64,000 nucleotides of DNA, from positions 1-64,000 of the forward strand of contig JBEPZX010000004.1 of the NCBI GenBank assembly GCA_041640635.1, read 5' to 3'. A program made the translations under genes and the position numbers. Source of the stretch: Aquificaceae bacterium (GTDB taxonomy: Bacteria; Aquificota; Aquificia; Aquificales; Aquificaceae). This document shows positions 39,774 to 49,676 of the stretch, one piece after another (within the stretch, counting starts at the first letter, position 1; each line of letters opens with the position of its first letter). The notes beneath the pieces were generated by a model. The model ran no database searches, was not told the DNA's origin, and was given only the letters and a program-made list of their open reading frames with translations.

Positions 39774-40715
39774 ATGATAGGATCTATTAAAATCCTAACA
39801 GGTAGCAGTAATCCACAGCTCGCTAAGGACGTAGCGACGTACTTAGGTATACCTCTTTCGGATATACTCGTAGGTAGATTTAGCGATGGTGAAGTGAGGG
39901 TTCAGATAAATGAGTCTATGAGAGGGGAAGATGTATATTTAATACAATCTCTGTCGCCTCCTGTAAACGAAAATATAATGGAACTGTTGCTCATTTTAGA
40001 TGCTCTTAAAAGAGCTTCAGCAGGAAGAATTACTGCTGTTATACCGTACTATGCTTATGCCAGACAAGACAGAAAGGATAAACCTCGTGTGCCTATAAGT
40101 GCTAGACTGTTAGCCGATCTAATAACTACAGCTGGCGCCCAGAGAGTTGTGGTAATAGAGTTACACTCTCCACAAATACAAGGTTTCTTTAGTATACCTG
40201 TAGATAACTTACTAGCTTTGAATGTTATTTACGATTACATTAAAGATAAAGTAGATGAAAACACAGTAATAGTTTCTCCTGATGCAGGCGGTGTAGAAAG
40301 AGCTAGACTTTTGGCAAACAAGATTGGCTGTAGTATAGCGATAATATATAAGAGAAGACCTGAACCTAATGTTGCGGAAGTATTTGACATTATAGGTGAT
40401 GTAGAGGGTAAAAAGGTTATCATTGTAGATGATATAATAGACACAGCGGGTACGGTTGTTGCTGCATCAAACCTTCTTATGTCCAAAGGTGCTAAAGAAG
40501 TTATAATAGCAGCAACACACGGATTGTTATCAGGTCACGCAATAGATAGGTTAAAAAATTCCGCTATTAGCGAGGTTATAATAACAAATACTATACCGTT
40601 AGGTAACAAAGGTGCAAACTTGAACAAACTCAAGGTTCTATCCGTAGCTCCTTTGATAGGAGAGGCTATTAGGAGAATACACGAAGGTTATTCAGTAAGC
40701 TCTTTATTTATATAA
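39774..40715 (+). CDS. prs: ribose-phosphate pyrophosphokinase
   Basis: FSDGE, PYYAYARQDRK, VSPDAGGVERA, IVDDIIDTAGT. Confidence 0.99.
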   Translation: MIGSIKILTGSSNPQLAKDVATYLGIPLSDILVGRFSDGEVRVQINESMRGEDVYLIQSLSPPVNENIMELLLILDALKRASAGRITAVIPYYAYARQDRKDKPRVPISARLLADLITTAGAQRVVVIELHSPQIQGFFSIPVDNLLALNVIYDYIKDKVDENTVIVSPDAGGVERARLLANKIGCSIAIIYKRRPEPNVAEVFDIIGDVEGKKVIIVDDIIDTAGTVVAASNLLMSKGAKEVIIAATHGLLSGHAIDRLKNSAISEVIITNTIPLGNKGANLNKLKVLSVAPLIGEAIRRIHEGYSVSSLFI

Positions 40716-40723
40716 ACGTAAAA

Positions 40724-40823
40724 GTTGCCCCAAAACCGCCAGTTGGGGACAGGGGCAATCTAAGAGGCGGTATAAAAATACCCCAACCTAAACTACGTAT
40801 GGGTAGTTTAGACAAAAGGTGGG
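40724..40823 (+). ncRNA. putative structured cis-regulatory RNA (multi-helix pseudoknot plus hairpin) in the rplY leader
   Basis: Four complementary strand pairs of 8, 6, 7 and 9 bp within 100 nt (details in findings). Confidence 0.55.
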
Positions 40824-40832
40824 TTTTGAAAT

Positions 40833-41411
40833 ATGAGAAGGATAGCTGTTAGCCTTACAAAAAGGACGTTAGGAAAGAAAAGCCAGCTAAAGCAGGCGCG
40901 TAAGCAAGGTTACGTTCCTGTTGAGATTTACGGTAAAGGAGTAGAAAACACGCATGCCTTTATGTCACTTAAAGATCTACTAGCTCTTCCACATGGAGAG
41001 ACATTTCTCTTAGAAGTGGATATAGACGGTCAAAAGAGAATATGCTTAGTAAAAGATATAGAGACGGGTTGGCTTGGGGATAATCCAATACATGTGGACC
41101 TTTACGATATATCTCAGGTGAAAAGCATAGAGATAGAAGTTCCTATAGAATTTGTAGGAACTCCAGAAGGTGTTTCTTTAGGAGGTACTTTTGAGATTCT
41201 TCTGCATACTCTTACTGTAAAGGCCTCAGTAGAAAATATCCCAGATAAGATAGTAGTAAACGTAAATTCTCTAGGGTTAGGAAGTGTGTTACACGTGAGA
41301 GATGTAGCACCTCCTGAAGGATGCGTAATAATGGACTCCCCAGAAGAAGTTATAGCGGTAGTATCAGAACCAGAAGCTGAAAGCACTCCAACTGAAGAAA
41401 CTTCAGCTTAA
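40833..41411 (+). CDS. rplY: 50S ribosomal protein L25/Ctc (long form)
   Basis: RKQGYVP.EIYGKG, IHVDLY, VPIEFVG...GV..GG, IPDKI.V.V..L..G..LHVRD. Confidence 0.96.
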   Translation: MRRIAVSLTKRTLGKKSQLKQARKQGYVPVEIYGKGVENTHAFMSLKDLLALPHGETFLLEVDIDGQKRICLVKDIETGWLGDNPIHVDLYDISQVKSIEIEVPIEFVGTPEGVSLGGTFEILLHTLTVKASVENIPDKIVVNVNSLGLGSVLHVRDVAPPEGCVIMDSPEEVIAVVSEPEAESTPTEETSA

Positions 41412-41983
41412 TGATAAGATTAATAGTAGGCCTTGGTAATCCAGGTAAAAAGTACGAAAGCACGAGGCACAACATAGGTTTTATGGTTTTAGATGCACTC
41501 CTTAGGTATCTAAAGTTAAGGGATTATTCTGAGGAGTGCTTGTCCCACTTGTATAAATTCAACACTTTAGATAAAGAGGTACTGATAGCCAAGCCTTACA
41601 CTTATATGAATAACTCTGGATTGGCCGTATTAAATTTGATAGAAACTTACAACATAGCACCAGAAGAAATGATAGTAATACATGATGACTTGGACATTCC
41701 GTTAGGAAGAGTTAAGCTTAAATTCAACGGTAGTAGCGGGGGTCACCATGGAATAGAATCCATCGTAAAAGAGATAAAAACCGACAAATTTTATAGGCTT
41801 AGGGTGGGGATAGGAAGACCTAAAGATAAAAGTAAAGTTGTTGAGTACGTACTATCACCTTTTTTAAAAGAAGAGGAAGAAGTTTTATACAAGATTTTAT
41901 ATAAGTCTAAAGAATGTCTTTTAAGATGCATTGAGACTTCACCCGAAAATTCCATGAATTTTTGTAATGCTCCAATCTTATAA
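41411..41983 (+). CDS. pth: peptidyl-tRNA hydrolase
   Basis: LIVGLGNPG..Y..TRHNIGF, KP.TYMN.SG, HDDLD, GGHHG, RLRVGIGRP. Confidence 0.98.
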   Translation: MIRLIVGLGNPGKKYESTRHNIGFMVLDALLRYLKLRDYSEECLSHLYKFNTLDKEVLIAKPYTYMNNSGLAVLNLIETYNIAPEEMIVIHDDLDIPLGRVKLKFNGSSGGHHGIESIVKEIKTDKFYRLRVGIGRPKDKSKVVEYVLSPFLKEEEEVLYKILYKSKECLLRCIETSPENSMNFCNAPIL

Positions 41984-41999
41984 TTCACCATATAAGCTT

Positions 42000-42767
42000 T
42001 TATAGCATGAAGTAGGCGTATAAGATACCTATAACTATTCTATAAATACCAAAGGGTAGAAAAGAAAACTTAGTTACAAAGTATAAAAAAAATCGAACTG
42101 TCAGTAGAGCTGTTATAAAAGCAACAAGAAAACCAGAAGCTAAGATCTGCCAATTTACCAGTGTAAAAGCTTCATAGGACTTAGAAATATCATAAATTGT
42201 AGCTATTAGCATGGTAGGTACCGCAAGCAGAAAAGAAAATTCAGCCGCTTTTTCCTTCTTTAGACCCACTAGCATACCACCAATTATGGTAGCAGCGGAT
42301 CTTGAAATACCAGGAACCATAGCCAAAGACTGAAAAATACCAACTATAAAAGCTTTTCTAACACCTAAATTTCTTATATCCCCTATATAGCAATATTTCG
42401 TACAAAATCTGTCAACAAACAGTAGTACTACTCCCCCTATCGTCAAAGTAGCAACTACAACTTTGTCGTTTCCTATTAGGTAATTCTTAATAACTTTATA
42501 GAGTAAAAAACCAATTACACCTGTAGGTATAAAAGCTGCTATTATTCTTTTCCATGTGTCCATATCCTTTAAAAACTTATTCCAGTAAAGAAAAACCACA
42601 GCTAATATGGATCCAAACTGTATGGATATTTCGAAGCTCTTGGTAAAACTATCATGAGGAACACCCAAAAGATGAGCTGTAAGTATAAGGTGTCCTGTAG
42701 ATGAAACGGGTAAAAACTCTGTAAGACCTTCTACTATACCTAACACAACTGCTTGCCACATATTCAT
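42000..42767 (-). CDS. uppP: undecaprenyl-diphosphate phosphatase
   Basis: GIVEGLTEFLPVSSTGH, IQFGSILA, PGISRS.ATI. Confidence 0.98.
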   Translation of the reverse strand: MNMWQAVVLGIVEGLTEFLPVSSTGHLILTAHLLGVPHDSFTKSFEISIQFGSILAVVFLYWNKFLKDMDTWKRIIAAFIPTGVIGFLLYKVIKNYLIGNDKVVVATLTIGGVVLLFVDRFCTKYCYIGDIRNLGVRKAFIVGIFQSLAMVPGISRSAATIIGGMLVGLKKEKAAEFSFLLAVPTMLIATIYDISKSYEAFTLVNWQILASGFLVAFITALLTVRFFLYFVTKFSFLPFGIYRIVIGILYAYFML

Positions 42768-43942
42768 GAAATTACCTCTAAGTAAAGCCCTTTAAGATAT
42801 AGGGTATTTGGCATTTGTAAAACCCATGGATGATCTAAGTCTTGAAAACTCACTCCAACAATCCTTACTTGTTTTTTAGCATCCTTCGCTGCAGAAGTGA
42901 CAGCTCTTATAAGGTGTTCTAATGTTATATGGAAAGAACACGAGAATATAACCATGTAACCTCCTGGCTTTGTAACATGCAATCCTCTTAAACATAAATC
43001 TTTATAACCTCTCATTGCTGATTCTACAGCGGATTTATTTTTTGCAAAGGATGGTGGATCTATAACCACAACGTCAAATTTTTCCCCTTCCCTTTGCATC
43101 TTTTTCAGGAAATCAAAGGCATCTTCATTTACCCATTTGATACCTGATATACCATTTAAATCTTCATTTTTTTTTGCAATATCAAGAGCTGAGCTAGACG
43201 CATCTACTGCTATGACATCTTCTGCGCCTTTTTTTCTCATGCTCAAAGCAAATCCCCCTGTGTGGCAAAATACATCCAAACACCTATCACCGTGATTAAC
43301 AAAGCTTCTTATAATTTGCCTTGCTTTTCTTTGATCAAGGTAGAATCCTGTTTTTTGCCCTTCTTGTATGTTTACAAAGAACTTCAAATCGTGTTCGTAT
43401 ATTATAACCTCCTTTGATACGTATCCATAAACACAAACTTCTGTACAATCAAATCCCTCCAATTTTTGCACGTATTCATTACATTTTTGATAAATACCTA
43501 GAGGTTTTAATACTTCTATAAGAGCATCAAACACCCAATCTCTAATCAGATACATACCATACGTTGTAAATTCAACTACCACGTATCTATCGTATACATC
43601 AACTATGAGACCAGGTAACAAGTCACCTTCTGAGTGAATTAGTCTATAAGCGTTGCTTGGTATATAAAGCTTTTTCCTGTAGTCAAAAGCTTGATAAATT
43701 CTTTTTCGGATAAGTTCCCGACTTAACTTTTCCCCTTTATCAAAGGATAACATTCTTACGGATATATTCGATTCTGGGTTTATATAACCGTAGCCTAAGA
43801 AATGCCCACCGTTATCTCTTACTACTACGTGTTCTCCTTTCTTTGGCTTTCTACTGTAGCTAGCTATTTCAGATTTGTATATCCACTGAAAAAAATTGCT
43901 TATTTTTTCTTCAACTCCAGGTTTTACCCTAATTTGAAGCAT
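42764..43942 (-). CDS. RlmI-like class I SAM-dependent rRNA methyltransferase (PUA domain)
   Basis: RLIHSEGDLLPGLIVD, GQKTGFYLDQR, LDVFCHTGGF, IDPPSF, FSCS, DHP...YLK. Confidence 0.92.
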   Translation of the reverse strand: MLQIRVKPGVEEKISNFFQWIYKSEIASYSRKPKKGEHVVVRDNGGHFLGYGYINPESNISVRMLSFDKGEKLSRELIRKRIYQAFDYRKKLYIPSNAYRLIHSEGDLLPGLIVDVYDRYVVVEFTTYGMYLIRDWVFDALIEVLKPLGIYQKCNEYVQKLEGFDCTEVCVYGYVSKEVIIYEHDLKFFVNIQEGQKTGFYLDQRKARQIIRSFVNHGDRCLDVFCHTGGFALSMRKKGAEDVIAVDASSSALDIAKKNEDLNGISGIKWVNEDAFDFLKKMQREGEKFDVVVIDPPSFAKNKSAVESAMRGYKDLCLRGLHVTKPGGYMVIFSCSFHITLEHLIRAVTSAAKDAKKQVRIVGVSFQDLDHPWVLQMPNTLYLKGLYLEVIS

Positions 43943-43943
43943 T

Positions 43944-44492
43944 TTAGTAATGGATAAGCATTTTTTCCGCTACTTCCTTAGCTTTTTCCCTCCCAACGAG
44001 CTTCTCAACCAATTTAAGACCAAAGTCAAAAGCTGTTCCCGGTCCTTGACTGGTTACTATATTACTGTCTTCCACTACGCGATTATCTACATAAACTGCG
44101 TTCCTTATATCATCTTTGAGCGAAGGGTAAACAGTTGCTTTTTTGCCTTCCAAGATACCAAACTTAGCTAGAGCCGTAGGTGCTGCACATATAGCACCTA
44201 TGAATTTACCCTTTTCTGCTACTGTTTTTATTAATCTTTCTACTCGAGGGTCTTTTTTTAGGTTTTCCACACCACCTAATCCACCAGGCAAAACGACCAA
44301 ATCTAAAGTATTGGGATCTACGTGATCTATAGAGACATCGGGAACGATCTTTACATTTCTTGCACTACTCACAGGTTCTTTTGAAAGACCTACAATTAGA
44401 ACATCTAGATTAGCCCTTCTAAGTATATCTATTACGGCTACAGCCTCTATTTCTTCAAATCCGTCTGCTAAAAGAACTCCAATTTTCCCCAT
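43944..44492 (-). CDS. DJ-1/YajL(ThiJ)-family glyoxalase/deglycase
   Basis: GFEEIEA...DILRRA, LPGG.GG, AICAAP, TSQGPGT; ORF-track extension to 44579 runs through a tRNA. Confidence 0.93.
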   Translation of the reverse strand: MGKIGVLLADGFEEIEAVAVIDILRRANLDVLIVGLSKEPVSSARNVKIVPDVSIDHVDPNTLDLVVLPGGLGGVENLKKDPRVERLIKTVAEKGKFIGAICAAPTALAKFGILEGKKATVYPSLKDDIRNAVYVDNRVVEDSNIVTSQGPGTAFDFGLKLVEKLVGREKAKEVAEKMLIHY

Positions 44493-44518
44493 AGATTTAA
44501 TTATAAGCTTTTGTGAAT

Positions 44519-44595
<77 letters not shown>

Positions 44596-44657
44596 TTCTG
44601 ATGATTATATAATTATAATACAAAAGCTATTATTTGCCAATCAATTAATATTTTTCT

Positions 44658-45167
44658 TTACTTTTGGATTAGCCTCTTTAAGATCTCCTTCATCATATCG
44701 AGCATAGAGTTAGGGTCTGTAGCGGTAATTATGTTCTCATCCACCTCCACAGGGTTGCCAGTGTAAATGGCACCAGCATTCTGAACATCATCTTTTATAG
44801 CATAGAAAGCTGTTACTTTTTTATCCTTTAAAATCTTTGCCGAAATTAAAACCCATGGACCATGGCATACAGCACACACAAGTTTTCCTTTTTCAAAATG
44901 TTTCTTTACAATGTTTAGAACCATGGGATCTCTTCTGAGTCTGTCTGGTGCATAACCACCTGGTATAAATACACAATCAAATTCTTGCTTTTCAATATCT
45001 TTTAGCATAGCATCGGGTTTAAAGGTTATACCTTTTTTGCCCTTATACTCTCTCATTTCAGAAGCACAGGATATAACCTGATAGCCCTCTTCTTTGAACC
45101 TTAGATATGGATAAATAAACTCTACATCTTCTACCAGATCCTCAAGAAATATTAGAATCTTTTTCAT
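44658..45167 (-). CDS. PfpI-family (type 1 glutamine amidotransferase-like) protein
   Basis: EDVEFIYP, IPGGYAPD.LR, AVCHGPW. Confidence 0.93.
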   Translation of the reverse strand: MKKILIFLEDLVEDVEFIYPYLRFKEEGYQVISCASEMREYKGKKGITFKPDAMLKDIEKQEFDCVFIPGGYAPDRLRRDPMVLNIVKKHFEKGKLVCAVCHGPWVLISAKILKDKKVTAFYAIKDDVQNAGAIYTGNPVEVDENIITATDPNSMLDMMKEILKRLIQK

Positions 45168-47157
45168 GTTTTACACTCCTATAAACGCCTATTAAAATAA
45201 CAAGTACAACCAATGAAACATAAATTAATGCTAAAGTTGCATTTATATAATTACCTAATATAACCTTTTGAGCTATTTCTGGAGTTTTTATAGCTTCTGG
45301 TAGGCTCCCTGTAATTAGCCTATCTTTTAACCATTCCGCATGGGAGAGAAAACCTATAGCTTTGTCAGGATGAAAAACTTTTTCCAAAGCCGCTGTTATT
45401 GTGTTTATCGAAAGAAAAGTCGCTGGCAATCCAGTTACAAAGGCGTATTTTTTGCCTTTTCTTATTAAGTAGACTGTGGCTATTACTAATGCCGAAGTAG
45501 CAAGCAGTTGGTTAGAAATACCAAAAAGAGGCCAAAGGGTTTTTATACCTCCATAAGGATCCACTACACCTGCGTATAAAAAGTATCCCCAGCTAAGCAC
45601 TACAATCAAACTTGTGGCGATATTTAATTTAATGTCGGCATAGTTGGAAAGACTCTTGGAAAAGTAACCCAAAAGGTCTTGTAATATATACCTTCCCACA
45701 CGTGTACCTGTGTCTATTGTGGTGAGTATAAACACAGCTTCAAAAAGAATGGCAAAGTGATACCAGAAAGCGATCAACGCTGTTCCCGTAACTTGTGCTA
45801 ATATAAGAGCTATGCCAATCGCCAAAGATGCAGCACCACCTGTTCTGGAAAGTATGGTTTTCTCTTCTATGAGTTGGCTTATGTTCTGTATGTATTCTGC
45901 ACTAATAGGGAATCCCCAAGAGGTTATCTTTTGTGCAGCTTCTATTGCCGTTTTACCTATCTCGCTAGCTGGACTGTTTATCGCAAAGTAGAGACCTGGT
46001 TCCATAGAAATGGCTGCAATTAAAGCAATAACAGCTACAAAGGATTCACCTAACATCCCACCATATCCCACAAACCTTATGTGACTTTCTTTATCTATAA
46101 GCTTTGGAGTTGTGCCAGAAGAGATAAGAGCATGAAAACCAGACACAGCTCCACAAGCTATGGTGATAAATAAAAAGGGGAAAAGGTCACCTTTCCAAAC
46201 TGGTCCCATTCCGCTAAAGGCAAATTGAGTAAGGGGTGGCATTTTTATTTCTGGATTAGCAATCGCTACAGCTACGGCTATAAGAATTACGGTACCAAGC
46301 TTTAGGAAGGTGCTAAGGTAATCTCTGGGAGCCAAAAGTAGCCACACGGGCAAAACGGATGCAAAAAATCCGTAAACAATTAAGAAGACAGCGAGTTGAG
46401 TTTCGCTTAAGGTAAAAAGGGGACCAAAGGTAGGATGGTTTGCTACTTCCCTACCTAAATATAAGGTTATCAGTAAAGCTACGCTTCCAAATATGAAAGA
46501 GTGAAGAACAGCACCGGGTCTTATGTGCCACATGTAAATGCCCATAAGCATAGCTATGGGAATTGTCATAAATACGGAGAAGGTTGCCCATGGGCTTTGA
46601 GCCAAAGCTTTCACAACAACCAAAGCCAAAACAGCAAGAAGTATCATAAGGATGGAATAAATTACCAACAGAACTACTACCCCTCCAAATTTACCGAGCT
46701 CCTCCTTTGCTATCTCCCCAAGACTCTTCCCCCCTTTTCTCATAGATATAGCTAGTATTACCATATCTTGGACGGCACCAGCCAATACTACACCTATCAA
46801 TATCCAAAGAAGCCCAGGAAGATAGCCCATCTGTGCTGCCAAAACTGGTCCTACCAGCGGTCCAGCACCGGATATGGAGGCGAAGTGATGCCCAAAAAGA
46901 ACCCATTTGTTAGTCGGTACAAAGTCCAGGTTATTTTTGTATTTGTGTGCAGGTGTTGGATTTTCATCGTTTACTTTAAAAACCTTGTAAGCTATAAAGT
47001 AGCTATAGTATCTGTAACCGATAATGTAAATGCATAAACTAGCTATAAGTATCCATATTACACCTATACGTTCACCTTCGTTTAGAGCAACAATTGAAAG
47101 GGCGAGCGACGCTAATATAGAAATCGCTCCTAATATTAGATAATCTTTGAACTTCAT
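45142..47157 (-). CDS. cstA: carbon starvation protein A (peptide/pyruvate transporter)
   Basis: FGHHFASISGAGPLVGP, LPVWLLLAPRDYLS, FITIACGAVSGFH, SRTGGA, LWPLFG.SNQ. Confidence 0.97.
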   Translation of the reverse strand: MKFKDYLILGAISILASLALSIVALNEGERIGVIWILIASLCIYIIGYRYYSYFIAYKVFKVNDENPTPAHKYKNNLDFVPTNKWVLFGHHFASISGAGPLVGPVLAAQMGYLPGLLWILIGVVLAGAVQDMVILAISMRKGGKSLGEIAKEELGKFGGVVVLLVIYSILMILLAVLALVVVKALAQSPWATFSVFMTIPIAMLMGIYMWHIRPGAVLHSFIFGSVALLITLYLGREVANHPTFGPLFTLSETQLAVFLIVYGFFASVLPVWLLLAPRDYLSTFLKLGTVILIAVAVAIANPEIKMPPLTQFAFSGMGPVWKGDLFPFLFITIACGAVSGFHALISSGTTPKLIDKESHIRFVGYGGMLGESFVAVIALIAAISMEPGLYFAINSPASEIGKTAIEAAQKITSWGFPISAEYIQNISQLIEEKTILSRTGGAASLAIGIALILAQVTGTALIAFWYHFAILFEAVFILTTIDTGTRVGRYILQDLLGYFSKSLSNYADIKLNIATSLIVVLSWGYFLYAGVVDPYGGIKTLWPLFGISNQLLATSALVIATVYLIRKGKKYAFVTGLPATFLSINTITAALEKVFHPDKAIGFLSHAEWLKDRLITGSLPEAIKTPEIAQKVILGNYINATLALIYVSLVVLVILIGVYRSVKHEKDSNIS

Positions 47158-47861
47158 AATAAATGATTCTTAAAGAACTCAATAGTTTTATTCCATACAT
47201 CGCTTGCATAATTTTCGTTGTAAACTTCAGGTCTTGTATCGTTGAAGAAGGCATGATCTACACCTGCGTATATGAGAAATTGGGCATCTACATTATTTTT
47301 ATTGCATTCTTCAATAGCTTCCATCACTTCAGAAAGTGGGATGAAGCTATCCTTACCAGCATGTATAGCCAAAACAGGCGCTTTTATCTTCGAAAAACTA
47401 ATCGGAACAATCTTATACAGTCCATAGTAAGGAGCTAAAGCGTGAAAGTCCTGATTATACTCTGCTCCAAAATACCAAGTACAGGTTCCACCACAACAAA
47501 ATCCTGTCAAACCTATTCTGTAATCTTGAACTCTAGGGTTAAATCCTATGTCGTTTGCTTTGAAGTAGTCCACAGTAGCTTTTATCATAGCTTTTGCTTC
47601 GTTTAATCTATTTTGGAAAAGATCTTGCATCAGAGATGCTGCATCGTTGGGATTGTCTGCTGTCTTCCCTTTGTATAGGTCTATTCCAAAGGCAAAAAAA
47701 CCTTCGCTAGCGTATCTATCACAAACATCCTTTATGTGTGGCACAAGCCCCCACCACTCATGAATGACAATAACCACAGGTCCTTTAGTTAAAGTTTCTG
47801 GTTCCGCAAAGTATCCAGAAACTTCTACACCGTTCATGTTGAACTTAAGTTCTTTACCCAT
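47154..47861 (-). CDS. dienelactone hydrolase family protein
   Basis: IHEWWGL, GFCCGG, PYYG, Y.GVDHAFFND. Confidence 0.93.
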   Translation of the reverse strand: MGKELKFNMNGVEVSGYFAEPETLTKGPVVIVIHEWWGLVPHIKDVCDRYASEGFFAFGIDLYKGKTADNPNDAASLMQDLFQNRLNEAKAMIKATVDYFKANDIGFNPRVQDYRIGLTGFCCGGTCTWYFGAEYNQDFHALAPYYGLYKIVPISFSKIKAPVLAIHAGKDSFIPLSEVMEAIEECNKNNVDAQFLIYAGVDHAFFNDTRPEVYNENYASDVWNKTIEFFKNHLL

Positions 47862-47904
47862 GTTTGCCCTCCTTTGATTTTATATTATAATATTACTACA
47901 CTAA

Positions 47905-47976
47905 GGGGCGGTAGCTCAGCGGGAGAGCGCCTGCTTGGCGTGTAGGAGGTCGGGGGTTCAAATCCCCTCCGCTCCA
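47905..47976 (+). tRNA. tRNA-Ala(GGC), CCA not encoded
   Basis: GGGGCGGTAGCTCAGCGGGAGAGCGCCTGCTTGGCGTGTAGGAGGTCGGGGGTTCAAATCCCCTCCGCTCCA followed by TATA; G3:U70 pair. Confidence 0.97.
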
Positions 47977-48052
47977 TATAAATTACCAAACACAAAATCC
48001 AAAATCTAATATAATTTTTTCATTTACAAACTTTCTGAATGGAGGTAATAAA

Positions 48053-49252
48053 TTGACAAACATAGCTGTCACATCTATGACTTTTGAACCTGTCTACAAG
48101 CAAGATGTGGAAATTGTAGAAAGAAAGGGAATAGGACACCCAGATACTATATGTGATTTACTTTCAGAAAAACTATCTGTCAATCTATCTAAATGGTACA
48201 TAGAAAAGTTTGGGGCAATTATGCATCACAACGTAGATAAAGCTTTGTTGGTAGGCGGTGTAGCAGAACCTAAATTCGGTGGAGGATACATAAAAGAACC
48301 CATAGAAATACATTTGGTAGGTAGAGCTATATTAGGTGATGATTCAGACCAAATAAACCCTTGGAAAATTGCTGAAAAAACTGTTAGGGAATGGGTAAGC
48401 AAAAATTTAAGAAACTTGGACTTTGAAAAGCATATCAAATTAAATGTAAATGTTAGACCAGGAAGTAAGGACCTTGTAGATCTTTTCAAAAGATTTCAAA
48501 AACATGGTGAAGTTCCTTTAGCTAATGACACCTCTTTTGGTGTTGGTTTTTATCCTTTCGATAGTTTAGAAAAAGCTGTATACGAAGCGGAAAGATTTTT
48601 AAACTCTCCTCAGATGAAAAACTTACACCCAGAGATAGGGGAAGATATAAAGGTTATGGGAGTTAGAATCAAAGACAAGATAAGGTTAACTATCGCTTTA
48701 GCGTTTGTGGATAAATACGTAAATGATAGAGAGGACTACTTTGGAAAAAAGGAATTAATTACCCAAAAAGTTAAGGAACATATACAGAACTTAATTGGCA
48801 GGGATGTAGAAATAAACGTAAATACAGCCGACAGTAAGCACGGAGAAGTTTACATTACAGTTACTGGAACATCTGCAGAACAAGGTGACGATGGTCAAGT
48901 AGGTAGAGGAAATAGAGTAAATGGACTTATAACACCTTACAGACCTATGAGCTTAGAGGCTGCAGCAGGAAAGAACCCAGTCTCGCACATAGGTAAGATT
49001 TATAACACAGTGGCAAACATAATATCAAAGAGGGTAGTTGAGGAAATTCAAGAAATCGAAGAAGCCTATTGTTACCTAGTATCACAAATAGGAAAACCAA
49101 TCAATGAGCCTCAAGTGTGTGATGTGAAAGTAAGAACTACAAAAGACATAAAAGGCATTCAAGAGGAAGTTACAAAGATAGCTAAGCAGGAGCTAGAAAA
49201 AATGCCAAGTATATGGAAAGAGTTTATTCAGGAGGAACATACAGTAGCATAG
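48053..49252 (+). CDS. mat: archaeal-type S-adenosylmethionine synthetase
   Basis: EIVERKGIGHPDTICD, HHNVDK, ANDTSFGVG, GEDIKVMG, TVTGTSAE.GDDG.VGRGNR, EAAAGKNPVSH.GK; GGAGG SD plus TTG start. Confidence 0.93.
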   Translation: MTNIAVTSMTFEPVYKQDVEIVERKGIGHPDTICDLLSEKLSVNLSKWYIEKFGAIMHHNVDKALLVGGVAEPKFGGGYIKEPIEIHLVGRAILGDDSDQINPWKIAEKTVREWVSKNLRNLDFEKHIKLNVNVRPGSKDLVDLFKRFQKHGEVPLANDTSFGVGFYPFDSLEKAVYEAERFLNSPQMKNLHPEIGEDIKVMGVRIKDKIRLTIALAFVDKYVNDREDYFGKKELITQKVKEHIQNLIGRDVEINVNTADSKHGEVYITVTGTSAEQGDDGQVGRGNRVNGLITPYRPMSLEAAAGKNPVSHIGKIYNTVANIISKRVVEEIQEIEEAYCYLVSQIGKPINEPQVCDVKVRTTKDIKGIQEEVTKIAKQELEKMPSIWKEFIQEEHTVA

Positions 49253-49261
49253 GAGGGCTTT

Positions 49262-49618
49262 ATGGAATACGTAGGTATTTTAATTTTATTTGCGGTAGCT
49301 CTTGTAGTAGCAGGTGCCTTTTCTATTTTAAACGATATACTTGGTCCAAAAACGAGAGAGAAAATGGAGGGATACCCTTATGAATGCGGTGTCCCTGTAT
49401 ACGATCCTGAAGCCAGATCCACCTTCAAGCAGGGATACTACCTACTTGGGCTCCTTTTGATACTTTTTGATATTGAGGTGGCTTACCTCTTTCCATGGGC
49501 TGTAGTGTTCAAGGATATTGGTATTTATGGACTGATCGAAGCTATAGCTTTTATAGTTATACTTTTCCTAGGTTTTGCATATGCATGGAAAAAAGGAGCT
49601 CTCAAGTGGCAAACTTGA
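49262..49618 (+). CDS. nuoA: NADH-quinone oxidoreductase subunit A
   Basis: PYECG, LFDIEVAYLFPWA, YAWKKGAL.W. Confidence 0.97.
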   Translation: MEYVGILILFAVALVVAGAFSILNDILGPKTREKMEGYPYECGVPVYDPEARSTFKQGYYLLGLLLILFDIEVAYLFPWAVVFKDIGIYGLIEAIAFIVILFLGFAYAWKKGALKWQT

Positions 49619-49676
49619 CTTATATCAGATATTTTTGATATTTAGTAATGTATACTATTAATCGGAGGTTTTACCT

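Noticed and set aside
40724..40811. HDV-like ribozyme or intrinsic terminator reading of the prs-rplY element
   Set aside because: The helix order lacks the nested P3/P1.1 of HDV ribozymes, and the 9-bp hairpin is not followed by a U-tract on the plus strand.
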